A DNA stretch of 63,829 bases, counting the filler, from Klebsormidium nitens (taxonomy: Eukaryota > Plantae > Klebsormidiophyceae): assembly GCA_000708835.1 (NCBI GenBank). It is 7 parts of 7 records of this genome, joined end to end, with 100 filler letters (N's around TTAATTAATTAA, not from the genome) between each part and the next. Parts side by side here need not be neighbours in the genome. Positions count along the whole stretch, not along the records: positions 32,994 to 45,447 come from DF238106.1; positions 45,548 to 52,839 come from DF238301.1; 5 more parts are not named here. One strand, given 5' to 3'. The position numbers were made by a program, and so were the translations under genes. Numbering within the stretch: position 1 is the first letter of the stretch; every line of letters starts with the position of its first letter. Shown here piece after piece: positions 38,690-49,646 of the stretch. The notes below the pieces were generated by a model. The model was not told where the DNA came from, did no database searches, and saw only the letters and a list, made by a program, of their open reading frames with translations.

Positions 38690-39430
38690 GAACATCCGGC
38701 CCACCGCAGTCAAAACGGCCCTCCCTCTCTCTAGAAAATGATGGGCGCCTTTTGACTGGACTCTCTCGAACATCCGGCCTGCCGCAGTCGAAGAACGGGC
38801 CGGAGTCTGAACGGCCATCCCTTCTTCTAAGAAATGATGGGCGCCTTTTGACTGGNNNNNNNNNNNNNNNNNNNNNNNNNNNNNNNNNNNNNNNNNNNNN
38901 NNNNNNNNNNNNNNNNNNNNNNNNNNNNNNNNNNNNNNNNNNNNNNNNNNNNNNNNNNNNNNNNNNNNNNNNNNNNNNNNNNNNNNNNNNNNNNNNNNNN
39001 NNNNNNNNNNNNNNNNNNNNNNNNNNNNNNNNNNNNNNNNNNNNNNNNNNNNNNNNNNNNNNNNNNNNNNNNNNNNNNNNNNNNNNNNNNNNNNNNNNNN
39101 NNNNNNNNNNNNNNNNNNNNNNNNNNNNNNNNNNNNNNNNNNNNNNNNNNNNNNNNNNNNNNNNNNNNNNNNNNNNNNNNNNNNNNNNNNNNNNNNNNNN
39201 NNNNNNNNNNNNNNNNNNNNNNNNCCTTTCTTCTTCTAAACAATGAGGGTCGCCTTTTGACTGGCCTCTCTCGAACATCCGGCCTGCCGCGATCAGAAAA
39301 AGGGCCGGAGTCAGAACGGCCCTCCTTTCTTCTAGGAAACGATGGGCGCCTTTTGACTGGCCCCTCTCGAGCATCCGGCCCGCCGCAGTCAAAACGGCCC
39401 TCCCTTTCTCTAGAACATGATGGGCGCCGA
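38690..39430. repeat. Tandem array of 96/78-bp units, each containing an inverted pair TTTTGACTG..CAGTCAAAA
   Basis: ATGGGCGCC-type anchor at 38741, 38837, about 39246 (degenerate), 39342 and 39420; the array spans the N gap 38856-39224. Confidence 0.88.
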
Positions 39431-39764
39431 TTGACCGATTGGCCCCCGTGGATCTATGACGCCCTCACTTGGAGTACGGCACTCGATTCATGAACGGCAC
39501 TCGAAGTAGAAGGCATTGTGCTTTCATTTGTGGGCAGCCTTTTACAAAGTCGAACCTGAATAAGCTTATCCGCCCACAATTGGAAGCAACATGAAGGTCC
39601 CGCTCAGAAACGAACTTGTTTGAGCTTACACGTGTTTCCGCAAGCTAAAGGCTCATTCTTAATCTACTCTGAGAACCGCTCGAAAACGGCGCAGAAGTAT
39701 GGAACAGTGAGGAATTTGTGGCTTTTGTCTTTATGAGGTGCCCTCCGAGGTGGACGAGTGAGGT

Positions 39765-42700
39765 CAGACATGGTACTTCCGGTTTGCACCTGCACAAGCC
39801 GCGTTCCAGGAGACCTCGATGCCACCGGGGGCTTTCATTGCGTCACAAGACGTCAACGCCGGCGGGTCCAAGATGTATAGTGCGTTCAAGAGCACACAAG
39901 CCTTCGAGGAATACACTGCAAGGATGGCCGCCGACTGCCGAACGCCGCACTTGTACGAGATCCTGCTCGCTTCAGAGGCTTCTTGGCTCTACTCGGACCT
40001 CGACTACACGTTGCGTGCCAACGATCCACAGGAGTTTCTCGAGAGGCGCCAGCATCTCCACCACCTCTTCGAGCACTTCTGCACCCATATCATGCAGCTT
40101 CCTCCTGGTCTACTCCAGCCCCCTGAAGTTGCTGCATCCCATGGAGCCCTTTCCCACGGTCTTTACAAGTGCAGCGTTCACGAGGTTTGGAAGGGAGTCT
40201 ACTTCTCGGATCTGGAGGCGCGTACTGAATTCAAAACGGCCTTCAGCCACTTCTTGGACCACCCTCCGGCGGAGCTGGCACGCAGCGCGGAGTTCATTGG
40301 ATACATGAAGCCCGACAGCGGGTTGAAGAGAGAAAAGATCTGGGATGATTCCGTTTCTCGAGGAACCGAAACTGGCGCACCCTCCGCTCAAGCAAACTCG
40401 GAAGCACGCGCATCCTCTGCCCGGACAAGAGTAGCTCAGAGCATGTCTCCGACCACCTCATCGGTGTTCGCGAATAGCAAGAACTGGCGCGCGCGCACAA
40501 GATCGACGTCCGACCGCTGCAAGAGTACAACGCAGCGGCAGGAGTGGGTGGCGCATCGAGTGGCGCGGCGCATGGCCGTGTCAGCGATCGACAGATCCCC
40601 GTACGATATTCCTTCAAGCAGCATGAACCACTGAAACGGGACATCGGCCCGGAGGAGAGAGCGCGCCTGCTCAGGTGCTGTCAGCAGGATCATCCCGGGG
40701 CTACGCTATGGCGGATCGAGCAACTATGCTCAGGGGTTTTTTGCGTCCACATCTGCAGCCCTCCGGAAAGTCGGACCTGTTGCATTGCAGGGCGAACGCA
40801 TACCAGCGAGGGCAACGGGCAGTATCTCGTCTACCGTCGGCGACGACCAGCCGAGGCGGCCTACAAATGCTTCTCACCTAACTGCCAGTGAGTTTATGAG
40901 CGGTTCTCGTTTCTACACCAGCCTGGTCTGGCTTTTCACAAGCTCCACAGATCATAGCAATCAAGCCAGAACCTCATACGCGACGTCTCCGTGTTCGAAC
41001 AACATGCCGCAAGAAGGGAAAGGAAAAACGAAAAGCAGGGCGCCCGAACGAAGGCCGACCTCTTCGTTGCTGTCTTGTCAACAAGCTGATTCAGTCAAAA
41101 AGCGACCCCTTCTCTCTTTAATAAAGACCAATCCCTTTTGACTGTGGGCTCGTTGATTGAATGTAGCCTCGCCCATTATAAAGTCGAGATTGCGTCCTCG
41201 TCTTTGTTGCCTCGCCACCAGATTGCCACGTCATGCGGTTAGTCAGAAACGACCTCGATTCATGATGGAACCGGACCACGTCGTGAAAACTGGCTATGTA
41301 GATTCAACGTCGTGCTTATTTGGATGCAGAGGCATCGAGCGTCTCTGCTCTCTTGAGAGGTCCCTCTGCTGGACCGAAGAGTACTCGCTGCCGAGTGAAA
41401 TGCGACCCTACCCCACGGTCAAGATCCACCCGGAAACTCTGCGGACGCTCCTGGTGAGAGCGAACAAGGGGGTCGGGAAGTCGAAGGCCGGTTCTACCTA
41501 TCTAGTGGAGATGCTCGGGAAGAACCCATCTGCCAGTTGTGTCGTCATCGCTAGCAACGTGGCGCTGGCTGACAAGCACCTGGAGGAGCTTCATCGAGCG
41601 GGGCTGACGGACTTCGTGCTCTACTCCGATGTCGAGCCTTGGGCTATTGAAGACGAGAGGGTCGTCATCTGCATCAGCTCCATGCCCCGACTGAGCTCCC
41701 TTGACAAAGACATCGTCTACATGGACGAGATGGACGTGACCCTGGGCAATCTGACTCCGACGTCATGAGGGACCGCAAATCGGTGTTTATGGCTCTGCAC
41801 GCAATGCTCCGGGTTGCACGCATCGTTGTGGGGCTAGATGCGAATGTGGACAGTCCGCGCGTAACCGAGTGGCTTCAAGCGGTCCGCCCAAACACTCTGA
41901 TACACGCCATTTGGAACACGGGAGCTCGCGAGTCGGAGCGGACAGCTACTATTTGGCCTATGCCCTCCTCGGGGAAGCTGGAGGCCCGGTTTGCTCCGAT
42001 CATTAACCAGATTCTCGACGAGGTGGAGGCTGGACAGAACATTTGGGTGAGTTTTGTTAGCCGTGATTCTGATGGCCGTTGATTCTACCAGCGGTCATTG
42101 CAGCCGTAGTTCGAAGCGTCCGCGATGTACCTCCAGCTTGTCGGCAACCATGAACGATTGTATGCAATGAAATATTGGTTGTGATAAAGAGAATTGGACT
42201 GGTGTCTGCTTGAAAGTTGGTGATGCTTGTGCTTGACTGGCTCCTTATGAGAGGCCTAGGATTGATGCCTTAGGTGACTCCCCTCTATCTCTTGATCTGA
42301 TGGTCGACATACCTTATGAAATTTGCAGGTCTCCTCGACGAGCAGAACCTTCATTGCGCAACTCGAGAGGGCATTTGGTGCAATGTTCACTGGCACGGAC
42401 AAGACTCTCACCTTTCACGGCGGAAAAACCTCAGCAGAGGACAAAGAGCAGCTCCGACATGCAGTGACTGACTCAGACCGCTACATGGTGGTCCACTGTC
42501 TGGGATACTCTTCGACCATAGGGCCGGGAGTCTCGCAAGAGGCTTAACACTACCACCGGGGCATGGGGATCGCGCTGAACCGCCCAAACGACGGTCCTGA
42601 TCTTTTCACCTTCAACCAGATGTTACAGCGGGTGCGAGATGGGGGAGATATCGACATCTACTACATGAAAAGCCCAGCGCCGAAGTCCGTACCCTCCACC

Positions 42701-43363
42701 AAAGAGGACGTGTTTAGAGCAATCGAACGACAAGACGCCGAGTTGCACGCTCTAGTGAAACCCTCTGCGGTGCTTGACTTCTTGGAGAGGCCGGGCAAGC
42801 TGCCCATCTGCGATTGAGAGTCTGCAACCTGCAATATCTATGCCAACAATATTCTGGCAAGGTACCAGAGCATCACAAACTACGTTGGCATCTTGACAAA
42901 GGATCTCGAACAGCAGGGCTTTGGAGTGGTGAACAGATTGGCGGAGCCGCTGGATAAAGCCAACGACCTTAGCGAGGCGAATGATATCCTTCCCACGAAG
43001 GACTGCCTGAAGGTTCGCGACCAAGCCAAGCACTGCGTCGTGTTTGCATACCGCCTGCTGGCTGAGATGCTCCAGATCGACCCCAAGGATTTCGACCGTC
43101 TGCAACTCGGAGCTTCTTACCACGTGTCTGAGAAGAACCTCCAAGCTGCTTACTCCAAACTGATCGAGTCAAACCTCTACACAGCAAAGCTTCGATACGA
43201 GATAAAGCAGAAGGTGAAAAAAGACGAGAACGGCCAGCTGAAGATGACGGAGGCATTGAACCGCAACGTGGTTAAGTCAATCCTCGAGAAGGGTTTAGGG
43301 CTGAAGTTCGTGAAGGTGGCGGGGAAAAAGAGCAACAACAAGTTCGTGAAGGGGCACGCTTAG
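39765..43363 (+). pseudogene. PrimPol-type archaeo-eukaryotic primase + UL52-type Zn finger fused to a herpes UL9 / origin-binding-protein-like SF2 helicase; spliced and decayed
   Basis: AEP motifs LYSDLD, KCSVH, and WDDSV(Y)SRNRNWR (restored by 1 nt at about 40356); Zn finger CCIAGRTH..YKCFSPNC; helicase LLVRANKGVGKS, VICISSMPRL, VYMDEMD, VGLDAN, YSSTIGPGVS, QMLQRVR. Intron 42047-42328 is in frame, with a probable donor at 40888. Lesions at about 40356, 40475, about 41754, 42545 and 42815. Confidence 0.8.
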
Positions 43364-43891
43364 CGCAGGTCCGGAGCTCTGGAAAGAGGTGCACGCTACA
43401 TACGGACCCGTAGTCTAGAAGCGTAAAGATTCATACCGTTATCAAGACTTGTAATCAAGTACGAGATAACATGCTGCTACATGTGGATATCTTTCAAGTA
43501 ATCTTGTACAGTACCATCCAATCAAACAACCGCACAGTAACATCGAAGACCTGATTAATTCCCCCCCAATAGCGCTTGTTATAAGCGCCGTTAGTGATAG
43601 CCTATGCTTGTGATCCGAGTCGATACATCTTGACAAATACACGTCGCCAAGTAAAGAGACACATGAATGGCGGATCCAGATTGTGATATGTCGGATGTTC
43701 GTAGTTGCATTTCCGCCGACTGTTGGGTGCGTTTGCGGAGACTCATCAATCGCGGCCTTGACCCGTGAGCTACGATTGAAAAAGCTTTATGCACCGCGGA
43801 CATGCTGCAGATGCCTTGTTTTCAAGTAGAAGAAGCATGCGTTGAGTCATGTTGTCTTTTCTGCAATAACGGATTGCAATTAAATCAGAAC

Positions 43892-44306
43892 CGCCCTACT
43901 CTTTGATATAAAGAAGGAGGCGACTTTTGATTGAACGCCCCCCGTTTCAGCTCATGTGTCTCCAAGACGGTGGAAGTGCAGTCTGATCATAAACCATCAT
44001 CCAAGACTCAAGAAGTTACTGCAAAGGTGCTGCAGACATTTTCGAACCTAACACAAAATGTGTTCCACCTCCGCATGCACCTCTGCGGCCTCTGTCGCTC
44101 CTTGATCTGCGTCCAAAGCAGGAGCTCTCTTTCTCACGGACAAACACGTGAGATGATCTCAGTCAAAATCGCCCTACTATTTGATATAAAGGAGGAGGCG
44201 ACTTTTGACCGAACGCCCCGCGTTTGAGCTCATGTGGCTCCAAGACTGTGGAGGTGCAATCTGCCAGTGATCATAAAGCATCATCCAGGACTCAAGAAGT
44301 TACTGC
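43892..44306. repeat. Direct repeat of about 135 bp (43892-44022 and 44170-44306) carrying GGCGACTTTTGA(T/C)
   Basis: CGCCCTACT.TTTGATATAAAG..GGAGGCGACTTTTGA..GAACGCCCC..AAGAAGTTACTGC is present twice. Confidence 0.85.
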
Positions 44307-44390
44307 GAAGAGCTTTTTGACCAAAACGCCACAGCAAACCCTCTCCAGCCAACAATAGGTCTTTCCGAGCATCTGCATCGAGGAGAGCCG

Positions 44391-45434
44391 CTTGATCGTG
44401 GGAGGGGACTTTTCGATGGAGCCATCATTCGCAAGGTCGACCGGCCCCTTCCTGGGATCAGCGCCGTCGACCTGATTGTCATCACGTGTGGCGATACGTA
44501 CAGACCGCTGTCCATCTTGTCTAACCTGCGCTTCGATCTTGGAGAGGGCGGTGACGATCTGGATCTCGAGGTTCACTGCTTTGACGGTCATAAGAAGAGC
44601 ACGCTCTTCCATGCTAGCAAGTTCGACCAGATAGTCACCCTCCTCGATGGCGCAAGGGCGGTAGACCTCCGCCCTGAGTGCGCGGGGCTCGTGGCCGATT
44701 TCTTCGGGATCGAGGGCCCTAAGGTCGTGGATGAATTCAAGCACCTGATAATCCATGGGGAAGGCCTGGGTGAGGGCATGTGGATTAGGAGGACGAGCGA
44801 AACCCCACCGAGAGTGAGCGTCGTGGACGTCATCCACGGCGTGACCGAAGTTCTCAATCGACACAAAGTATGGGACGATTATAGAATTGCAGCATCCTGA
44901 AGTCCGTCCAAATTGAACGGACCTCCGGCAGTTGTATTCCCGAGATACAACTACCAATTTGAGGGAACTGGCCAGCGCCCAACATCGGTCACCTGTGCAC
45001 GAGGCCTCGGGACCATCATCAATCTCCTGCCGGGCAAGAGGGCTGCTCAGTTCCGCCTCAAATGCGCCGACGTCGTCGTGCGTTATTTTGGTGGGGACGA
45101 GACCCTCGTGGGAGAGATCAGGCTCAACAGGGAGGCGCAGAGTCAGCTGCCAAAGGAGCATCCATCCCGCGTCTTCGGCGAGATCGTGGAGGCCGAGGGC
45201 AAGAAGGCGGATCCCGAGGAGCTCGACCTGATGAAGAAGATCAAGAGGCAGAAGCTCGAGACCGAGCGACAGAAGTTGGAGAACAAGCGAGAGAGGTTGG
45301 AGAATGAGCTGGCAGCCGAGAATGTGACGTTTGGGCTATGGTTAAGTGTAACCACTCAAACCCACAAATCTAAACGACGCTCACCCATTCAATGGGTACG
45401 CGACGCGTGTCAATCTAAGTCCACTATCAATTAG
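44391..45434 (+). pseudogene. Protein with two tandem Bro-N/KilA-N-like viral-type DNA-binding domains plus a coiled-coil tail; one in-frame stop
   Basis: Repeat 1: IIRKVDRPLPGISAVDLI..QIVTLLDGARAVDLRPECAGLVADFFG. Repeat 2: WIRRTSETPPRVSVVDVI..YQFEGTGQRPT..TIINLLPGKRAAQFRLKCADVVVRYFGGDETL. TGA at 44898-44900 with the same frame on both sides. Confidence 0.65.
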
Positions 45435-45447
45435 TGACACGTGGCAT

Positions 45448-45547
45448 NNNNNNNNNNNNNNNNNNNNNNNNNNNNNNNNNNNNNNNNNNNNTTAATTAAT
45501 TAANNNNNNNNNNNNNNNNNNNNNNNNNNNNNNNNNNNNNNNNNNNN
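45448..45547. other. Artificial scaffold spacer
   Basis: 44N-TTAATTAATTAA(45492-45503)-44N. Confidence 0.98.
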
Positions 45548-46056
45548 GTCTGAGTCTGCAGCGCGAAGTGTCAGCCTAGAAGCTTCGGTGCTCGCCTAGA
45601 AGCTTCGGTGCTCGGCCGGCCATAAGCTTAGTCTCGAAAGCTCATCGGACGGTTCCCTCGCACGCGGTGCACGTGGGTCTTATCGGACGGTCACGCGGTG
45701 AAGCAGTAACCCAGACACGTGTCGCGTAGTGATTCGATATATTAAATAAGTCGATAGCGTATAATAACGGACGATGCGCGGCCGCGAGTTTGGCGCGCAG
45801 CCAGAAGTCGATGCGCAGTCGTGCCGTTACATTGCCTGCTGAGGAACAAATTGGGTTCTCTGCACTGTCCACCCTTGTTTCTAGAGAAGAAAGCATACAC
45901 ACAACTTTGGAAAAAGCCTGAAAGAGGACGGTCAGCAAAAACATGTGTCTATGCAAATGAATGACAGCTGTCAGGCCTCTTTGAATGCGACACGCGATAC
46001 CATGTATTTTGTTGCGAAGTCCCAATGCCTGTATTCTTGCTACATATCCTACATAC

Positions 46057-47001
46057 CTTAGGGTAGTTTTGGAAGTTCGTTTTCAGGATGTACTCGACGG
46101 CGGCAGATCGGGTCCGCAACATATGTGAGCGAGTCCAATGGGATGGCCACCACAATAGTCCCCCCATACTTCTTGTAATTTTCACAGATCCAGTCCTGGA
46201 ATAGGAGACATTCCCTAAACTTCAGACAAGCTTTAAACAGGCAATTTTGCACACACTTCATGGTTGACAAACATCAGTGTATCAGAATCAGAATTCACTT
46301 CACCAAAAGGTGAGGAAGAAGAAAGGCCAGAGAATAGATAGCATTGAAGATTATCTGGATAATCCTGACAGGTGGACCGGAATAGTAGGACCCGCAATGC
46401 CGCTCTGGACAGACCATGTGAGAAAATACTTTTTGGTAAGGCTCGCAACAAGCAAGAGGAAGTTCTGCCTTGTCTTATGATGGATTCTAAAAAGCATCGT
46501 CAACTGTGGATTCCAGATTTCTCGAAAATTGATTGTTTGGAGCATCACCAGGAAGTGAGCTTAAAGGGCAGCTGGTATCTACACCGTTGACATCAATCCT
46601 TCATGCCAACTAGTTCACTCCTCCTGCTCTTCTTCCGTCACGAGCAGAGGGAAGCCGAGGAAGATGATCATAATTTATGGTGCAGGAGCTGTGGCACACT
46701 CGACTAAAATGAGAAACAAAGAATGGAGAGTGCTACAGTGGTCCAACCACCAGAAATGGAGAACGCCTTGAATAACAAAGCCCAGCAAGACAACAAAAGA
46801 GACATGAAATAAAAGAAGAGGGCTCACATGATAGCGGTAGTAGTTCCACATGATCTGGGGGAAGGCGCCAATCAGCGGCCATGGAAATGGGCCCTTATGA
46901 GGGGCTTTAAAAGCCCAGAGAACAGTGCACACCAGCCAGAAGATTGTGATCCCCACTAAGGCAACCACTCCCTCAGTAAACATGGTAAGATTTTTGTCCA
47001 T
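46057..47001 (-). pseudogene. 5' fragment (two exons) of a clan-86 cytochrome P450 (CYP86/94/704-like)
   Basis: Exon 47001-46828 has a TM anchor + GPFPWPLIGAFPQIMWNYYRYH; exon 46195-46057 has DWICE..YVADP/AAVEYILKTNFQNYPK with a 1-nt frameshift. No further P450 exon before the scaffold end. Confidence 0.8.
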
Positions 47002-49646
47002 ACCCGTAAGCTGGCTGTAAGTTTTTACAGTCCATGGCGGGGGTCAGACTTTCGTTAAGCTGTAAGGTGAAGCAGAAGCGATTGTCAAGAGATGTGGCTT
47101 CCATGCGAAGTTTCTGCCACCAAGAAGCTGTGATTTTGCTCGGACTGCAGGACGCTATGGACAGCTAGTATTTTGGATAGCTCCTTGTTATATCTTTGGA
47201 TACAGTCGTAACGATTTGCTCGCCCGCACCTTCATGGTTGCCGGAATCACCTTCCTACAGCGCTTGTTTCTCAACGCTTCCGTAGCTTCTCCGGATAATT
47301 GGAGATGTGTGTCGACATGCAAACCAGACCTGCTACTTGAACCAGCAGCTGCCAGTTGGCAAGGTGAAGAGTGGCCTAGGGCTATTCGAAGAACGTGATT
47401 GGTGGAAAAGTTTGATTGGTTTAATGTGTGCGTACATGACGTCGTGATGTGATTTGATCCGATGGATAATGTATTAGATGGTCGGACAGAAGGCCCTAGG
47501 GTCAGGGGTCTGAAGCACACCCGCGAGGTCCGAGTTCAGAACTCAGGGCAAGAGGTAGTACGGTTTGACTGAAATTTATTGGTTGAAGGCGTCGTTGGTC
47601 AGTTTTATGGCTGTTTGGCGTTCAACGACCTGAAACAAGAGGAGTCGTCATTTGGTCCTTAGACCGACAGCACGGGCCATTTGAATGTCTCATGCAAATC
47701 GGCCGCATCTCCTGAGTAAGACAGCACGTGGGGGTGATCAGCTACCCAAATATCTGACATCAGCAGGCCCCTGCAAATGACAGCTGAAGAGCTGGGATTT
47801 GCTGTAACTAGAGGGAGAAGAATCACAAAAGAGGACCAGGAATGCTCCACATTGCCCACGGTCAATGTGATCGACCTGCTGACGGAGTCGCTCAGGGACA
47901 CCAAGAATTCTTCTGGGGATGGAAGAGAAGGCTCCTGATCAGTGCCCGACAAAATAGCATGTGCCCGACAAAATATGGGCTCTTCGTCATTGACAAATAC
48001 CGTACGTCATGCAGGCTCCGTCAACGCTGGTTACAGGCTGAATTAGGTGCTGACGTAGCAACATCTGAAAATCTGACCCGAGTGTGATTAGAGGACACGT
48101 GGCTTCGAAAGCACCACAAAATCTATACGCCTGCTGGTGATTGCAGTGGAATCTAGAAATCGTATCAGATCAATCTTCGCCGTCGATTGTAATATACTTT
48201 TCAGCTACCCAACTCCAGATATGACACATGCCCCCTGGAATACCGCGTGGACTTCCGCCGTGAAATCGTCCCATGTCCTTGGATACTCCCTGCCCAATTC
48301 TCCACCTCACACCACTAATGGTTCCTACATTTGCAGAGCTGTGAAAGCCCTAGGGGTGGAGAAAAGTGAACGAGGTGGCCGGGGTTCCAAGCTCCGGACG
48401 GAACCGCTGTTCTGGCATTTCCGAATCTGCTGGCCCTCGGGCCCGGTTGAAAACGAATCGGACTGGAAAATGGTATCTTGCTGCCCTTAGATTTGAACTA
48501 CAACCAATCACCGGATCAAGAAAAGAATCAGCGAACCAACGAACGAATCGCGCAATGGAATTTGCGAATCCGACGGTTTTAAACTCTTGCGGTCGCAAAC
48601 GTGACAGATGGCGCAAAGTTTTTTCGACGATGAAAAAGCTTGAATGGAGCTTTTGCATTCAAGTAGCCCTCCAGCACATTATAAGCAACTGATTTTATGT
48701 TTGTTTCCTTGGCAGTTCCCTCCAGCCCATACACGCTCACCTACACCTTCAGAACCGATCCACGGCCTCAGACATTGAGGATGCTCTTGCCACCGCGCAG
48801 CCAGAGGCTGCCATATTCAAAAAGATGCAGAAGATAGCTCAAGAGACCCCTGAGCACTAGAGCGTGCTCTTCAACACTGTCACCAGGTTTGAGAGCGTGA
48901 AGCCAGCCAGCATGTTGACTGCACATTCGGAAGCGTTTCCTCGCCCCCTCCCGTATTCCAATGCTTCAGAACAAGATGGGACGGCAGTCACTTCGTGGCA
49001 GACAATCTTGATGGAGGACCCTTAGACGCTGATGGCTGAATAGGAAACCCTGGACCAGCCTCAGAGCAGCACCACCAAAAAGGAGCTTGGTGAGTGGCTA
49101 TAGACCAGGAAATGAAAGATCTTGCAGTGTATCCAATGGCAGGTGAAGTTGATCGCCTTGGATGCCACAAGATACTTCTAGGATAATCCATTCACCAGAT
49201 TGATCATATCCTGGAATTGCCATCTGCCCCTCTGCGAGCGCTGTGGTTGCTGAATTTCATGAATCCTGAAATCATCCTCTTTCCTTTGGTGTTTGCTTTT
49301 CTCGAGTTGCATCTCCGCTCTCTATGGCTCTGCAAACCCTAGCAAACAGTACCATTGCACGTTTTGCCACGCTTGGATTGCTTCATCTTGGACCTTCATC
49401 TCAGTCTACTCCTGTAGCACCACTGAAACTAATCCAGTGCCTTCCCTTGAGTATCATGCCTCCCTTTCAGCCCAAAAGCTACACCTCCCTTTCCCTGTCT
49501 CTTGATCTTAAGCACCCCTCCCCCACCTCCTCTGCCTTCAGTGTCTCCCCAATTTTGCTCAGCCTCCGCCATATTCCCCTGCCCTTTCCCCTGCATCTTC
49601 TATTCCCCACTTTCCTGCTGCAGCACATCCCCCTGCCTCATCGGAG

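Noticed and set aside
44292-45161. 289-aa minus-strand ORF
   Set aside because: Mirror frame of the GC3-biased Bro-N-like gene on the plus strand.
47100-49600. Possible additional genes in scaffold 4
   Set aside because: Short or stop-interrupted frames with some splice-like signals but no motif I can recognise.
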